A stretch of 62,371 nucleotides of DNA, filler included, from Globobulimina sp. (GCA_003354225.1; 33 parts of 33 records of this genome joined end to end with filler, not necessarily neighbours in it), one strand, 5' to 3'. Positions 13,162-26,515 are shown, numbered from the whole stretch's first letter. Numbers and translations are program-made. Notes: generated by a model not told the origin, from the sequence alone.

Positions 13162-13513
13162 NNNNNNNNNNNNNNNNNNNNNNNNNNNNNNNNNNNNNNN
13201 NNNNNTTAATTAATTAANNNNNNNNNNNNNNNNNNNNNNNNNNNNNNNNNNNNNNNNNNNNATAAATGTTTCTTTGTATAATGCATTGAAACAACTCAAT
13301 CTCCGTTGCTTTCCTTTACTGACTGTGTTCCCCATCAACTGTGATGTACTATTTATAGCTTTTTATAATCATAATCCAAGCAGGCATTGCAAATATAGTG
13401 ATCCATAATCGTTTGTATCAGGAGCCATGATTGTGTTTACATGTAAAAAAATAACCAACTGAGAACTTTTTAGAGTGTATGTGAAAACCTTTCGAGAAAA
13501 GAATAACTAAATG

Positions 13514-14776
13514 CTATATTTCATATATATTCAATGCGTCAGGATGCCTTACTTGAAAGCCATCCGCTGGGATATCAGCATCATGCGGTAAGCCAGGTGC
13601 ATTATACGCTTTTGGTATTTCCGCATTATCCGCATTCAGAACGTTCCATTTTCCATCAACGATGATAGGTTTTGGATAAATTGACATATTTTCATAAAGA
13701 CTCTCCAAATCCATGTCCCACACTGTAAATCCATCGATAATATCACGCAGCACATTCACTACCACTTTGTTTGGAGAATGCCTTCTCATAAATCCTTGAA
13801 TCAAACATCCTTTCATCGCATCCAAATACCCGATTTTCAACACAACCCTCGCGCCATCATAGTACCTCCGCAATGAGTTAATTCCACTGCTGCCATCTTG
13901 ATAAAACTTATAACATTTTATCAAAATCCCGCCGCCTCCCGCTGGCCCACAGCCGTACCAACAATTATGGATAAATAAACTGCCTTTACTGGAAATACAG
14001 GACTTATTCACAATAATCAATGCATTTTCACATTGCAAAATGAGTCCATTCCCTCCTCTCCCTCCGCCACTGCAGGAATCTCCCATACTCCCTCTGCTCC
14101 CAACAAATATTTGATTCACATCATGTCCGTAGTCAGCACAAAATGCATTGGATGTTTTCAATTCGAATGCATTGTTATCATATCCTTTTCCATTCATATT
14201 AATTTTCGCATTGTCAATGATGATGTTATTCAATGAGATCAACACTAAAATGCCGATATTGCATACGGTCAACGTACAGTTTTGGATATAAATATCGTTG
14301 AATATATATGTTTTGCTGTCTAGCAACATGGTATCTGTATTTATATATAAATTGTCCGGCTTTTTGGCGGAGATGAACAGCTCTGTTAACTTTAGTTTTT
14401 GTGTGTAAAATATCACCGCCATATCGAACCTTTTGTGCCAGTCTTCTGTATCGTTGTTGTGTGAAAAGGTTCGGAATTTTAAACCATTGATGTTGTTTGC
14501 AATGATAATGTTAGATATGTTCTGTTTCAATTCATGGACCGGTGGTTTATCGCCATATACAGACCCTACTTTTTCCAAAATATCGTAAACATCAAACGAG
14601 TTTATCCAAACACACACATCATTTACTGTCCATTCATCGACATCAAACGTAATAAACTTGATATTTTTATATTTTTTTACAATATACATGGCATTCGAAA
14701 CATGCATATAAATTTGCTGTGGCTTGGGTTGACGGGTTCGACTTCGATTGAATAAGTTGGAGTTGGCTTGTCCCAT
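13514..14776 (-). CDS. Protein with MG myristoylation-like start, SAM-like domain and Gly-rich region
   Basis: MGQANS; VDEWTVNDVCVWI; GGGRGGNG and GPAGGGGI. Confidence 0.75.
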   Translation of the reverse strand: MGQANSNLFNRSRTRQPKPQQIYMHVSNAMYIVKKYKNIKFITFDVDEWTVNDVCVWINSFDVYDILEKVGSVYGDKPPVHELKQNISNIIIANNINGLKFRTFSHNNDTEDWHKRFDMAVIFYTQKLKLTELFISAKKPDNLYINTDTMLLDSKTYIFNDIYIQNCTLTVCNIGILVLISLNNIIIDNAKINMNGKGYDNNAFELKTSNAFCADYGHDVNQIFVGSRGSMGDSCSGGGRGGNGLILQCENALIIVNKSCISSKGSLFIHNCWYGCGPAGGGGILIKCYKFYQDGSSGINSLRRYYDGARVVLKIGYLDAMKGCLIQGFMRRHSPNKVVVNVLRDIIDGFTVWDMDLESLYENMSIYPKPIIVDGKWNVLNADNAEIPKAYNAPGLPHDADIPADGFQVRHPDALNIYEI

Positions 14777-14801
14777 ATTTTATAATTATTTTGAAAACAG
14801 C

Positions 14802-15055
14802 ATGGCTGGCATGGATGAGCACATTGAAGCGTATAAACAAATTCGTGTGCAACAAAACACAGAAAGGAAGCAATTAAGGGAAGAGTGTTTGGAGTCGGTA
14901 TCGGAGCTTTGTTCAACAATGCTGTATGATGTAAGGAGTGGAGTTGCCAAAATCTATACGAATCAAAAGAAAATCAAAGATGCAACACTCGAATTGCAGC
15001 AAGCCTCCGGACAGTTTAATCAAAAAATTGAAAGATGGATCAAAAAATATAACTC
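14802..15055 (+). CDS. BLOC1S1: BLOC-1 subunit 1 (GCN5L1 family), 5' part
   Basis: GVAKIYTNQKKI...QFNQKIERWI matches the family pattern GVAQAYxNQRKL...QFxKQxxQW. Confidence 0.75.
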
Positions 15056-15155
15056 NNNNNNNNNNNNNNNNNNNNNNNNNNNNNNNNNNNNNNNNNNNNT
15101 TAATTAATTAANNNNNNNNNNNNNNNNNNNNNNNNNNNNNNNNNNNNNNNNNNNN

Positions 15156-16105
15156 TATAAAACTTTAGTAATTTTCAATGTAATCGACGACAGCGATCCG
15201 CGTCGATATTCTGCAATGGCGATGGACTTTGTTTTGACTGTTTTTATGGTTTTGCCCTTATATTGTTTGAATATATCATATTTACTGTCCGCAGCAAATA
15301 ATAAAATACCAATTGAAAATCTGATACAATTAATATTTGCATTTATAAATATGGCAATAAATCCAATCAAATATATATTATCAGTGAACAAACCACCGCG
15401 ATTTGACCACAATCGACAATTTTTGAACACATCCAAACAAATTCAAATATTTTGTGCTGCTTCGTTTGCATTGATGCCGTTAATAATTATTGACTTAATC
15501 CATTTTCTGCCATTCTTTTTTTGTTATTACTTTGATCATTTAATTACGTCTCAAGTATGTTAACTAAATAATATTTTTTTCGTATATGATTATGTATTTT
15601 TTGTATTTGTTGTCTGACACAGGAATTGGTTTATATTTTACTGCTATTTAATATCCCGAAAATAGTATTTCTTTGTGGGCGAATATTTGTATTTTCCTGT
15701 TGTGAAATGTGCCGTAGTTATATTGTGCCAATGTTGTGTCCCTCTGCAGATTCTGAATATGATATTGACGGCGGGTCGAGGCTATGTTGGGTCACATTGA
15801 TATTGATTTTATTGTATATAATTATGCCAATGATACCGTATCAAATTCGAGTGATTGATCAGATTCGACATAAAAAAAATAATGACATGAAATGTTGCTC
15901 CGTCCAGTATCGAATTACCATGTTTTATTTGTTTATATCATATGGTGGCTCCATGGCATATATTATTATAATGCACGGATTCTTTGCATTGTCAATATAT
16001 CTTAAAATAACATTTATAATATTATCCGTTTTGATCATTTTTAGTTTTATTACATTGCCCATCGCCTACAAGGATATAAAAAGAAAACGTGTTGCCATGT
16101 TTTGA
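15156..16105 (+). CDS. Polytopic membrane protein, 3' part, intron 15555-15622
   Basis: Two hydrophobic ORFs joined in frame by a GT-AG intron. Confidence 0.6.
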
Positions 16106-16215
16106 TGCGTGCATTTGTGACTGTTCTTGCATTTTAAATTATAATTAAGTTCTCATCGTTTTTCACAATTGTTTTTTTGACGTTCAGTTGTTAGAAGAAC
16201 AACAATAACAACATC

Positions 16216-16583
16216 ATGTCGGCGCCAATAGAACAAGAATATCAACAATTACAAGCACCCTTAGAAGATGTGACTGCAATTTATTTAAATTCATCCATAC
16301 CATCAATACAAAAAGCATCGTCGAAAGAAGTTGAACTAACAAACCAAAGAGAAGCCACATTGCAATTATCAAAGCATTGGAGCCGTTATTCACTCACTGA
16401 GCTGTATGGCACACTCATAGCAACATTCATTGTCGATTTTACAATGTTCACATTATGCGGCAAATCTTATGAAAACATGATCGAGTCTGGCTTCTTATTC
16501 TTAGCTGTTGGCATATCATTTGGCTATTTTTTCGGTGTCTTAATTTGTTGGGATGCGAACCTAAATTGTGCATTCACATTCGG
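16216..16583 (+). CDS. Membrane protein, first exon
   Basis: ATG, two hydrophobic segments, GTATGT donor near 16583. Confidence 0.45.
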
Positions 16584-17279
16584 TATGTTTCCGAAAATAA
16601 TATATAAATACATACAGTGCATACAATATATCGGAGAAAATATATAAATATAAAATATCTAAGCATTGGCTCTCTGTCACGCTAAACCATGGAAACTGGT
16701 TCCAATCATTATATTATCCCAATTGATAGGAGCAGTGCTTGGCCATTAGACTATGCTCAACTAAGTTTTTTTCGAGACCGTTACATTTCAAGTCTACTTA
16801 TGTCTAAGAGGATTGCTTGCCAGCAGCGTGGATTAATAAATAGTCCTCAATCTATTGCCTCTACTGTCTCTCCATATGGTTTATAATCCATTTGCAAAAT
16901 AAACCTCCACATAAAAAATCGATAATGGATAAAGGTCGCTTAGCTCAAGNNNNNNNNNNNNNNNNNNNNNNNNNNNNNNNNNNNNNNNNNNNNTTAATTA
17001 ATTAANNNNNNNNNNNNNNNNNNNNNNNNNNNNNNNNNNNNNNNNNNNNTTTACTTGAACAACTCGGGATTCAAACATTTTTCGAAAAGTCTTTCAGGAA
17101 AAAAAGTTGAAGGCATTTTTCTATTGTATTTGCATGTGTTTTGTTCAGGTTTGAGCAGCTGACATTATTTTAATTTGATTACATCACAAAATCACGCATT
17201 TGCGCATAAAATAAACGCGGACATTTACAATTCATTCATTTTGAAAACAATTCATTCCAATTTATCGTAGAATAATACA

Positions 17280-18538
17280 ATGCCAGTTCGATTAACAGCA
17301 AAACAACAGAGAAAGCCAATCAATAAACAATGTACAATCAAAGAAAGGAATAAACGCGGCACACGCGGTGGTTCACGAAGAAAAAAGAAACGAAAAGCAC
17401 ATGTATTGATGCGGCGTAATAATACCAACAAAAGACAAAAGAAACGGCGTCTCAATTCTGACTATTACGACCATAATAAGAATAAATCCACCAAAAAATA
17501 CAATGCATATTCAAAGAGATACAACCACGGCAATTATTTAATAAACACCGATATTGATTGGAAAATAAAAGATGTAAATATCATCAATCCTGATTTGAAT
17601 TCATTGAAGAATCTCACACACAAGGAAAAGATTGAATTGGCAGGATGTATTATCGGGCAACCTGTCATCAAAATAATTAAGAAGGGCAATAAACCTCCGC
17701 AAACAATCATTACATGGATTTTAAATGTAGATAACAGTTATCAAATTAATGTAACTGCATGGAATGACAATCCCAATAAGATGAAGAAAAATGACATTGT
17801 CCAAGTTTTTGGAACGACAAATGTTTTCAAAGGCATTGTGAATGTTAATGTAACAGATTGTTTCATTAACCCTTCAAACGAACAATGTACAGCACTGCAA
17901 TCATTGATCAACTCGAATGCAATTTTAGAAAAACAGACATTTGATTATGGTGATAAATACAATGATATATCTGTTGCACCAATCTGTCAATTAAAGTATG
18001 AAAAAGATGAACTTGGGAAACCATCATTCAATTTACAACGCCATGGATATAATAATAATATCAAACTGGTTAAAATCCAAGCGAATAGCGTTGTTTATGA
18101 AAACAGATCACAACAATATCCTGCAATCATTGGTGATATGAAAAAATTGAAATTTGAGAATAATATTTACACAGACAAAGAAGGAAATGTGGTGTCACCA
18201 AGTGATGTTAGATATAGACACATATTGTGGGTTCATATAAAGTCTGGATCAGGAATATCTGTGCAATTATGGAACAAAGGGGCTGAGATTATGTTAGGAT
18301 TATCTGCAAAACAATGGTCGAATATGTCACCGGATGATCAGGCAAATTACTGGGATACATTATGAATTTTGGGTAACATGTGAGAGTTATTATGAAGAGT
18401 TATTATGAATTTTGGGTAACATGTGCTAAGAAAAGGTGGAATAACAAAGATAAATTGGTATTTGTAGCGGATTTTGCGAAACAAATCGAATCATCAGATG
18501 TTATTGTATTTGATGATTTAGAAAATGGATTTACAGAG
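17280..18538 (+). pseudogene. RPA70-like multi-OB-fold ssDNA-binding protein, disrupted at about 18360-18425
   Basis: INVTAWN...FINPSNEQCTALQ (DBD-B-like) and YRHILWVHI...VQLWNKGAEIMLG (DBD-C-like); TGA at 18363-18365 plus a frame change inside a local duplication. Confidence 0.6.
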
Positions 18539-18566
18539 GTGTTCCGGATAAGATATACGCATATTA

Positions 18567-18695
18567 TCTACTCATATATATTAGGTTTAATCATATGGTG
18601 GACCTGTCAAGGGATCATATATGATCATATATATATTATTATATGATCCCTTGACAGGTCCACCATATGATTAAACTAATATATATATGAGTAGA
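18567..18695. repeat. Long palindrome, candidate MITE
   Basis: About 55-bp near-perfect arms 18567-18621 and 18640-18695. Confidence 0.85.
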
Positions 18696-19002
18696 AAGTA
18701 GGTCAGTTAGAAAGTAGGTAGCATATGGTCTATCTGCTTTCTCCAGGCATATCGTGACTAGTTGTACGGAGCTACTTCATTACTACCTGCAAAGTATTTA
18801 ATATATGATTTTTTTGTCTGGACCGAATAGCTATAGGGTTATCNNNNNNNNNNNNNNNNNNNNNNNNNNNNNNNNNNNNNNNNNNNNTTAATTAATTAAN
18901 NNNNNNNNNNNNNNNNNNNNNNNNNNNNNNNNNNNNNNNNNNNAAACCGCTCAAAATTCAAAAACCTTAAACATTAAAAACCAACATTTTTTTATGTAGC
19001 CA

Positions 19003-20736
19003 ATGTCAACTACATTAAGCACAGATGAATTATTGTTAGACTTACTCAACGAATCAGTAGAAGTATTGTTAGAATTTCAACATGAATCTGCATCAATGAA
19101 TAATCTGCATGGAAATGCATTATTGCTTGATATAGACTCTGGTGATATGGAGGACTTGTCGGATGATGATGAACCACATCTCATCAATCAACAAACCAAC
19201 CTACACCTACAACCACTGAAAGATGACCATGGTTTGTACTCTTCCATTTGCACAAAGATATACGTATACAGTTTGGCTCCTTTTCAGATGAAAATCAATG
19301 TATATATGCATGGACATGCTCAGACATCAAGAAAACAGATGAATTTATCGAATTGCCCATACATTCCCTACCCCCATTACACGAAAACATCATCACAGAA
19401 ACCACCAACAACGAAGTTGTATATCTCCGTACAACCTCAAAGAGCTCAAACGAAGACAGAATCGGTGACTTAGGCAACTTATCAGACTTCACCGACCAAG
19501 ACGACAATAGCGATATATCCCAATCTCATCCAAAGACCGCCAACGATGAGATTATTTTCGTTGCGATCGAAGATAAATCCGCCTATAACACCCACACACA
19601 TCTCACATCCAAATCGAATTCAAATTTCATTGACCATGACGTCGATCTGCAACGCTCCATTTTCAACATCCTCCATAACACTGATATGGACAGCTCCGAC
19701 CACAACGCATATGATACCAAATTGGACAGTGATGACACAACGTATACATACACACATAGAGCCGACATGGATATGGAGCACACCCTCACAAACAACAAGG
19801 TATTGAGCCAACTGCGTCCCGATACATTCGACATTTGTTTGTTGACCACGGCACCGTTAAGCATTGAAGGCAGCCATTACAACGATGAGTGTCTGGAATA
19901 TTTGCACCATTCCTTGCCAAACACATACGAGATACAGGAGATGGTCTATGATAAGCTAATGGACAGTGAGCTGCATCTCCGATATGCGCATTTTAGTCTC
20001 ACCAAAGCCAACCTACACTCTGTGGTCTCGCTGGGCGGCTGTAAGGTGTTGCAAGTGGTGGCGTTGTGTTGTAACCCCGCTCTGGATATGGATATATGGC
20101 CTCGTTTATGCCAGTTGTGTCCGTATAGCGATGATAATAATTATGTCTTGTTACAGATGAGTGAGTATGGTGAGAGTAAATGGTATGATACGCGCGAGAT
20201 GTATGACATTATTAACGTGCTAACCGTGAGCATTGATATTATAATTTGTATCTCGCCGCAGCATAAACGCATGGTGTCTATATTCAAAACGTTTGGGTTT
20301 AATTATATTATCGGGGTTGAAGCGCCAATGGATTATTATACGTTTGCTCAGACGGAACAACATACGTTTTTGTCGCATCTATATTATGGATTATTGAATA
20401 AAGGCTCAGTGGCACACTGTTTTTATTTGTCATTACAAGCTGCAAATCCTGACAGTGATCATAGTAAATATATATTGGAAGTTGCTAAAAAACACGAACT
20501 GCAACGATATGTTGTGTTTAATGACTTGGAATACGGTGAAATTGTCAATTTATCTACAAAACCGTTGCCGGGAAATACAAATTTAGTGGAAATAATAAGA
20601 CCGTTTATAGGAAGATCGCAATCTGTTATTAAGTTATTGCATCAATTGAAATCAAACCAGAATAAAATTATAAACATAACTGGCCGGGAATTGATTAGCA
20701 AACCGACTTTAATTAAATATGTCATTCGGTATTTAT
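19003..20736 (+). CDS. CHAT-like domain followed by the start of a STAND/NB-ARC-like NTPase, both degenerate; 5' part
   Basis: 26-nt intron 19232-19257 fuses the two ORFs; GCKVLQV, FKTFGFNYIIGV, FLSHLYYGLL..GSVAHCF, PFIGR...IINITGRELISKPTL. Confidence 0.6.
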
Positions 20737-20836
20737 NNNNNNNNNNNNNNNNNNNNNNNNNNNNNNNNNNNNNNNNNNNNTTAATTAATTAANNNNNNNN
20801 NNNNNNNNNNNNNNNNNNNNNNNNNNNNNNNNNNNN

Positions 20837-21067
20837 GTTTTTATTGTTTGTATTATTAATATTTCTGTCATTGTAATTAGAACAGGTCAAACAGGCAAAT
20901 ATCGGCTGATTTACATATCCTTTGGAATACGTACATTGGTTTACAGTTTTACCACTCGTTTTGGATAAATGTTGTGCCTGAATTTCATTGTCTCGCTCAG
21001 CCTGCAATAAATCGATCATACTCAAACTCTCCGCAGCTTTGAAGGAATCTTCTAAAATAGACTTCAT
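20837..21067 (-). CDS. UBR7: UBR-box zinc-finger protein, UBR7-like, 5' part
   Basis: CTYSKGYVNQPIFACLTC. Confidence 0.8.
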
Positions 21068-21128
21068 TCTGACTCGCAATTCGAATCAGAGGCAGAGCAA
21101 GGACAAAGTACAGGTTTTTTTCAGAAAT

Positions 21129-22629
21129 ATGAGCAGAATGGCATTACAGCCGTTGACAGCAAACGAAGCCAATAAAAGAAACAGAATTCGAAATCTGGCA
21201 AAAAATAAAAATAACAATGATATTGATTCAATCCAGGAACCACCGAAAAAAAAAAGAAAAATGAACCAATTCCAAGATCACCGTCAGAATCAGATATATA
21301 AACGGGGCAAATTGGAAAATATCAGAAAAGAGAGACAAATACCCATTGAACGCGACGATACTTTCAATAAATTGTCAGAAACAAATAAGTCATTAACAAG
21401 ACAAATAATAAAATATAAGGAAGCCTGCAAAATATATCAAGGAAAAGTTAAAACATTAAAACACGAAAATGCCACATTTAAAAAAGTATTAATTCGGTTA
21501 CATGAAAGAGATAAAAACTTTGGTAAACAACGAAGAAATGACAAGGATAAAATGTGTAAAATGGAAGTTCGAATCGAAGATATTGGGAATGAGTTAAATA
21601 AACATTTGAAACCAGACAAAAATCGATGGCAAATAAAATATAATCACTTATTGGAAAAATCAAAGAATTATAAGGTATTTCTAAAAAAGAAAAGAAACTG
21701 AGTCGCTTTGATTTGGTTGCATTTGTTTATAATATTTGCATTGTTTTATGCTTTTAAGTGCGCTGAGAATGATAATCGAATACAAGCATTAAAAAAAGAG
21801 TTTGCTCGAAATAAATCATTGTACGAAATGGATAAAAAAGCATTGCAAAACGATAAGAAAAGTTTGCGAGCAGAACACAGAAATTTGATAAAAGAAAATA
21901 AAACAAATAATGCAAAAATAAACAAATACAAAACACAAATAAAAAATATATGCAATCAATCAAAAAATACGCAAAATGAAATTGAAAATTATAAGAAAAA
22001 AATAAATGAAAATCAACTGAAATATAATAAACAAATTACAAAATATGAAAATATTGAAAATGAAATGAAAATAATGAAGAATGCGATTGTTATTTTTCAA
22101 CGAGACCGCAAAAATTGCACTGAATTCCATGTGGTATGTTTATTGTTTTTGTTTTTGTGTTGTTTCTATTTAATTTGCCACAGAATCGGAGAGATATTGA
22201 TTTGTTACGAAATGATATAAATTCAATGCGGAGAAAATACGAAGAGACACTCTCAAATTTAAAAGAATCACAACGAAGAACAAGCAAATTAAAAAAGGAA
22301 AATAACGAGAAAAGCAAGGAATGCATTGAATTATCATTAAAAATAAAAAGCATAAACGAGAAATACGACGATTTAAAACAGGAAATGAGAGATTGTGAAG
22401 GCATTCGATTCTCGTTTGAATCGGAGAGAAATTCATTAATTTGCGAAATAAAAAGGCATTCGATGGAAATGGAAGGATTACAAATAAGAATGCAAAGTTT
22501 GTGGCGGCGGTTTGAATGTGAAAGGGGCAAAGCAAAAATGTGGAAATTAAAATTAAAATCATTGGCAAAACAACAAAGCCATAGAATCGCAAATATAAAT
22601 GAATGGTTATTGCAATGTCGCCAAAACGA
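21129..22629 (+). CDS. Long coiled-coil protein, introns 21675-21758 and 22134-22183
   Basis: Three K/E-rich ORFs joined by GT-AG introns; PPKKKRK NLS. Confidence 0.7.
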
Positions 22630-22729
22630 NNNNNNNNNNNNNNNNNNNNNNNNNNNNNNNNNNNNNNNNNNNNTTAATTAATTAANNNNNNNNNNNNNNN
22701 NNNNNNNNNNNNNNNNNNNNNNNNNNNNN

Positions 22730-24522
22730 TTCAACATTGATGAAAACATCAAAAGCAATCATAATTTGGATGAATCATGGGATATTATTTGGAAATCGTT
22801 TTTGCAAAAATTGCAACAGATTCGAATTCCTATTATGGCAACACACAAAAAAGAGGGTGGCAGTTTTAATGGCTATTATTATTTGTTCCATCTATGTTTG
22901 AATAAATATTTCGTACCGTTATGCCATTTACATTGTGTTTTTGGCGAAAACAGTACAATGACCTCATTGATTATGGACATACTTTCATTTGCCTTATTTC
23001 ATCCGTCCAATGTCCATTATTTTGAGTATAGTCTCAGTAAAACCGCATGGTTCAAGAATTTATTGACAAATAATGACAATTTTAACAATCCGCCATTAAA
23101 AAAGCGAAAACTAACTGTTTTTGACAGTGATGAAAAAACGCAACATAGCTATACCATAAATCATGCTGGAGATAATAAAAAGAATTTTACTGTTTTGCTA
23201 TTTGACAAAATTAATGATATTTGCAATGGAGATTTATTGCAGCAAATGAATGAGAGTGTAATCTCACAATTAAATGATTTAAAACCAACCGAAACAGAAA
23301 TACAAATTCCAACGCAATGTGTGATTGGAATGATATGTCAATGTATTTATTTTGCATTTATTCAGTCCTGGAGAGAAAATATTAAATCATTGCCAGAGAA
23401 ACCAAGCAGTGAATTGAGGCAAAAGTATCAATTTGAATTGGAGTATTCATTCGGATTCCAATTATTAAAGATTTTGTCATTTGTGAACAAAGCATCAAAT
23501 CAATTTTTACAGGCTGCGAAATCCGCAAATTGTATTTATAAAATATTATATCAAGAAAATATTTATCGGCCCAACTTAGATGTCAATAAATATCAAATAA
23601 GGCAGTTATGCAAAGATTTTAAATCCAGTTTAAATACACTTGGAACTTATATTAAATTAAAAACAAACAACGATTGCATTGTTGAAGGAACATTATATCG
23701 CATCCATGGTTTATGTCAATTAAATTATCAAATCATTCACGAACATATCCAATCGTTGATAGTTTGCTGTTAAGTTTAAATGTTTAATGTACGTTTTCTG
23801 CTGAAATGTTGAAAATTGTTTTTGTTTTTTTTTAATAATTATAGTGTTTGATGAGAAGCTGAGTAATTATGGAGAGATTATTGAAAAAATAATCACAGAA
23901 ATATTTGAACGGTATGGGAATGTGTACGAAATAACATTATTATTGGACGAAATTATTAATTTATATATCGGTAAGACCGGTAAGATATGGATATTAAGAC
24001 AAGATGTTCATAATTACATTATTAGTAATATGGTGGATCAATGTTGGAATAAAAAAACATTATCGCCCTCGCAATGCGTTGAAGTTTGGAGATCGTTTTT
24101 AAATGCATTTAAATGGGTTTTTTTAGTGGAAAATAAGTTGATTGCATTGCATACGTTTTATGATTGTCCGTTGATATGGAATTTGATGGCACATTTCTTG
24201 AATTATGTAATCATCGATGAGTTCAATTCACAAATATGTCTATCATTAATCAAAGAATTAAGAGTATATATCAAGGAATTAATGGATATGTTGTTATTTA
24301 AGCCGTTGTTTGCATTGATTTATACGGATAAAAACAGTAAGAATACAGTGAAAATATCGGAATGTATAAAGAGTGGATTGGACGAATTAAATAAATATAT
24401 CGATGACAGTATGGATTTAAAAAATAAGTTAGAATCGAATATATGTGCAGTTAAATTGGGTTTAAATCGATGTAATTATCAAATAAATGAATATTTTGAT
24501 ACAATACTCAAAGAATTAAATG
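22730..24522 (+). CDS. Internal part of a large helical protein, one intron near 23762-23844
   Basis: Two long ORFs separated by an AT-rich GT-AG stretch; PPLKKRK NLS. Confidence 0.65.
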
Positions 24523-24622
24523 NNNNNNNNNNNNNNNNNNNNNNNNNNNNNNNNNNNNNNNNNNNNTTAATTAATTAANNNNNNNNNNNNNNNNNNNNNN
24601 NNNNNNNNNNNNNNNNNNNNNN

Positions 24623-26415
24623 AAACATGCATAACCAAACGTGTTGTTTCTTGGGCAAATAAAATCAAACTACCAGTCATACATATCACCATTTTATATG
24701 GCACTGAATATTCATTCAACAACTTACCATCACCAATAAACTTTAATTGTGAGTAACATTTAGCACTTTGTATGGTGATATCAACGAATACATTCATCGA
24801 AATCAATTTACACCATAACCAAACATCCATCGAATACACAACACACAACACTGAAATAATCAACATTAATTCCGGTATATTTGGAACTGAAAGATACGAT
24901 CTTTGCGGCCATAGTTTCATACACAAGGAATCACCAATAGACCATCCACAAATATGCTTCATACAAATATTACCATTTTTCCACCAGCGATGTCTAACAA
25001 TTGCATTTGGTGCAGACACAATGGATGGTGGATCACAGCCATACTCACAACAAATATCAATATCTTCACCACCTCCACTTTTGGGATACATATAGTTGAA
25101 TCTTGGAGTACTTCTACCTTTAACACATAAATTAGCAGTCACTCCCCATGGCGGATATTTCATTTTATTCGCAATATCATAAAAATATGTAATACCAGAT
25201 ATCTTAATACCGCATGTCCAAACATTAAATGGTTGTGGCAACAGAGTACATCCCACAAATATATTTGAATCCGGATTATCACAAATTGTATGATAATAAT
25301 GGTTCAATATATCATTATTGGGAATTACATCATCATCTAAAAATAATATAAAATCAGCATTTGAACTCTGAATGCCAATGTTTCTGCTAATTGCCACACC
25401 ATAATTTTCTTCATTTTTAATCAAACGGATAATGCGTTTATTATCTGCCACTTCCAATGAATCATAAGTCATATTTTTTGATGGATCATCCGCAACAATA
25501 ATAAACGTCACTAAATTATACATATCTTCTGCAATGTTAATGGAAATCAACCTGTTTAATGCCATAGTATTTAAGCGAAAGGACGGTATGACCACATCTA
25601 AACATATTCTGTTTTTGTTATATTCAATATGGCGAAATTTAAGGTATAAACAAATGCGATCAATCCCAGCCGATAAAACATGCGTCTTCCAGTTCACCGC
25701 ACATTTATTATATCTGGGCTTATATTTACCGCCAATTGTATTGGATAACGATGCATTGCCAGCGATACGCGATGCGTTAAATCGATTATAAATTGCAAAT
25801 AAATATGGATCACCATCTTGATTGGAAAAAATAGCTGGAAACATTGCATCAAAAATATCAAAATGCGTCTTATGTAATACAGGAAATGTGGGGAATCCTT
25901 TAAATGCTTTATCATCAAAAGCAACACAGCCAAGACCTAATGGTAAGTTATTCTTCTCTGCGATGTCCGCGAATGTCTTTTCAATCATTGCTTTCCAGTT
26001 TTCTGTTTCTAATTTAATATCATCACCTAATAATACCACGAAATCTACATTATCAGATATGGCTTTACATGCTAATTGATTTGTAATTTGGCAAACTTTA
26101 CCTCCTAAGCTTGTGGGTATATTGCATATAAAACATTTAGTATTTATACTCGTAAAATAATATTGAAGTTTATCTTTGTTTTGTTGATATAGTTTGTCAT
26201 CATCGTCAATACCAATATACAATGTAATATGTTGCCGTTGATGTAACTCAGTTGTACTTGATAAGGATTTACAAAACGTATCAATATTCTGCCAACATTC
26301 ACTCTGCGTTAATCCTCGCGATGTTATTGGTAATAATATTCCCCAGTTTTTATTACACTCTTTTTTTGAACATTCGTTTACTACGTTTTGCTCAGGTTTG
26401 ATCTTGAATTTATTA
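24623..26415 (-). CDS. Tandem GT2/GT-A glycosyltransferase, internal part
   Basis: Open across the contig; ILLPITSRG, VLLGDD, VVIPSFR, SRNIGI, LFLDDDVIP, GGGEDID. Confidence 0.85.
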
Positions 26416-26515
26416 NNNNNNNNNNNNNNNNNNNNNNNNNNNNNNNNNNNNNNNNNNNNTTAATTAATTAANNNNNNNNNNNNNNNNNNNNNNNNNNNNN
26501 NNNNNNNNNNNNNNN

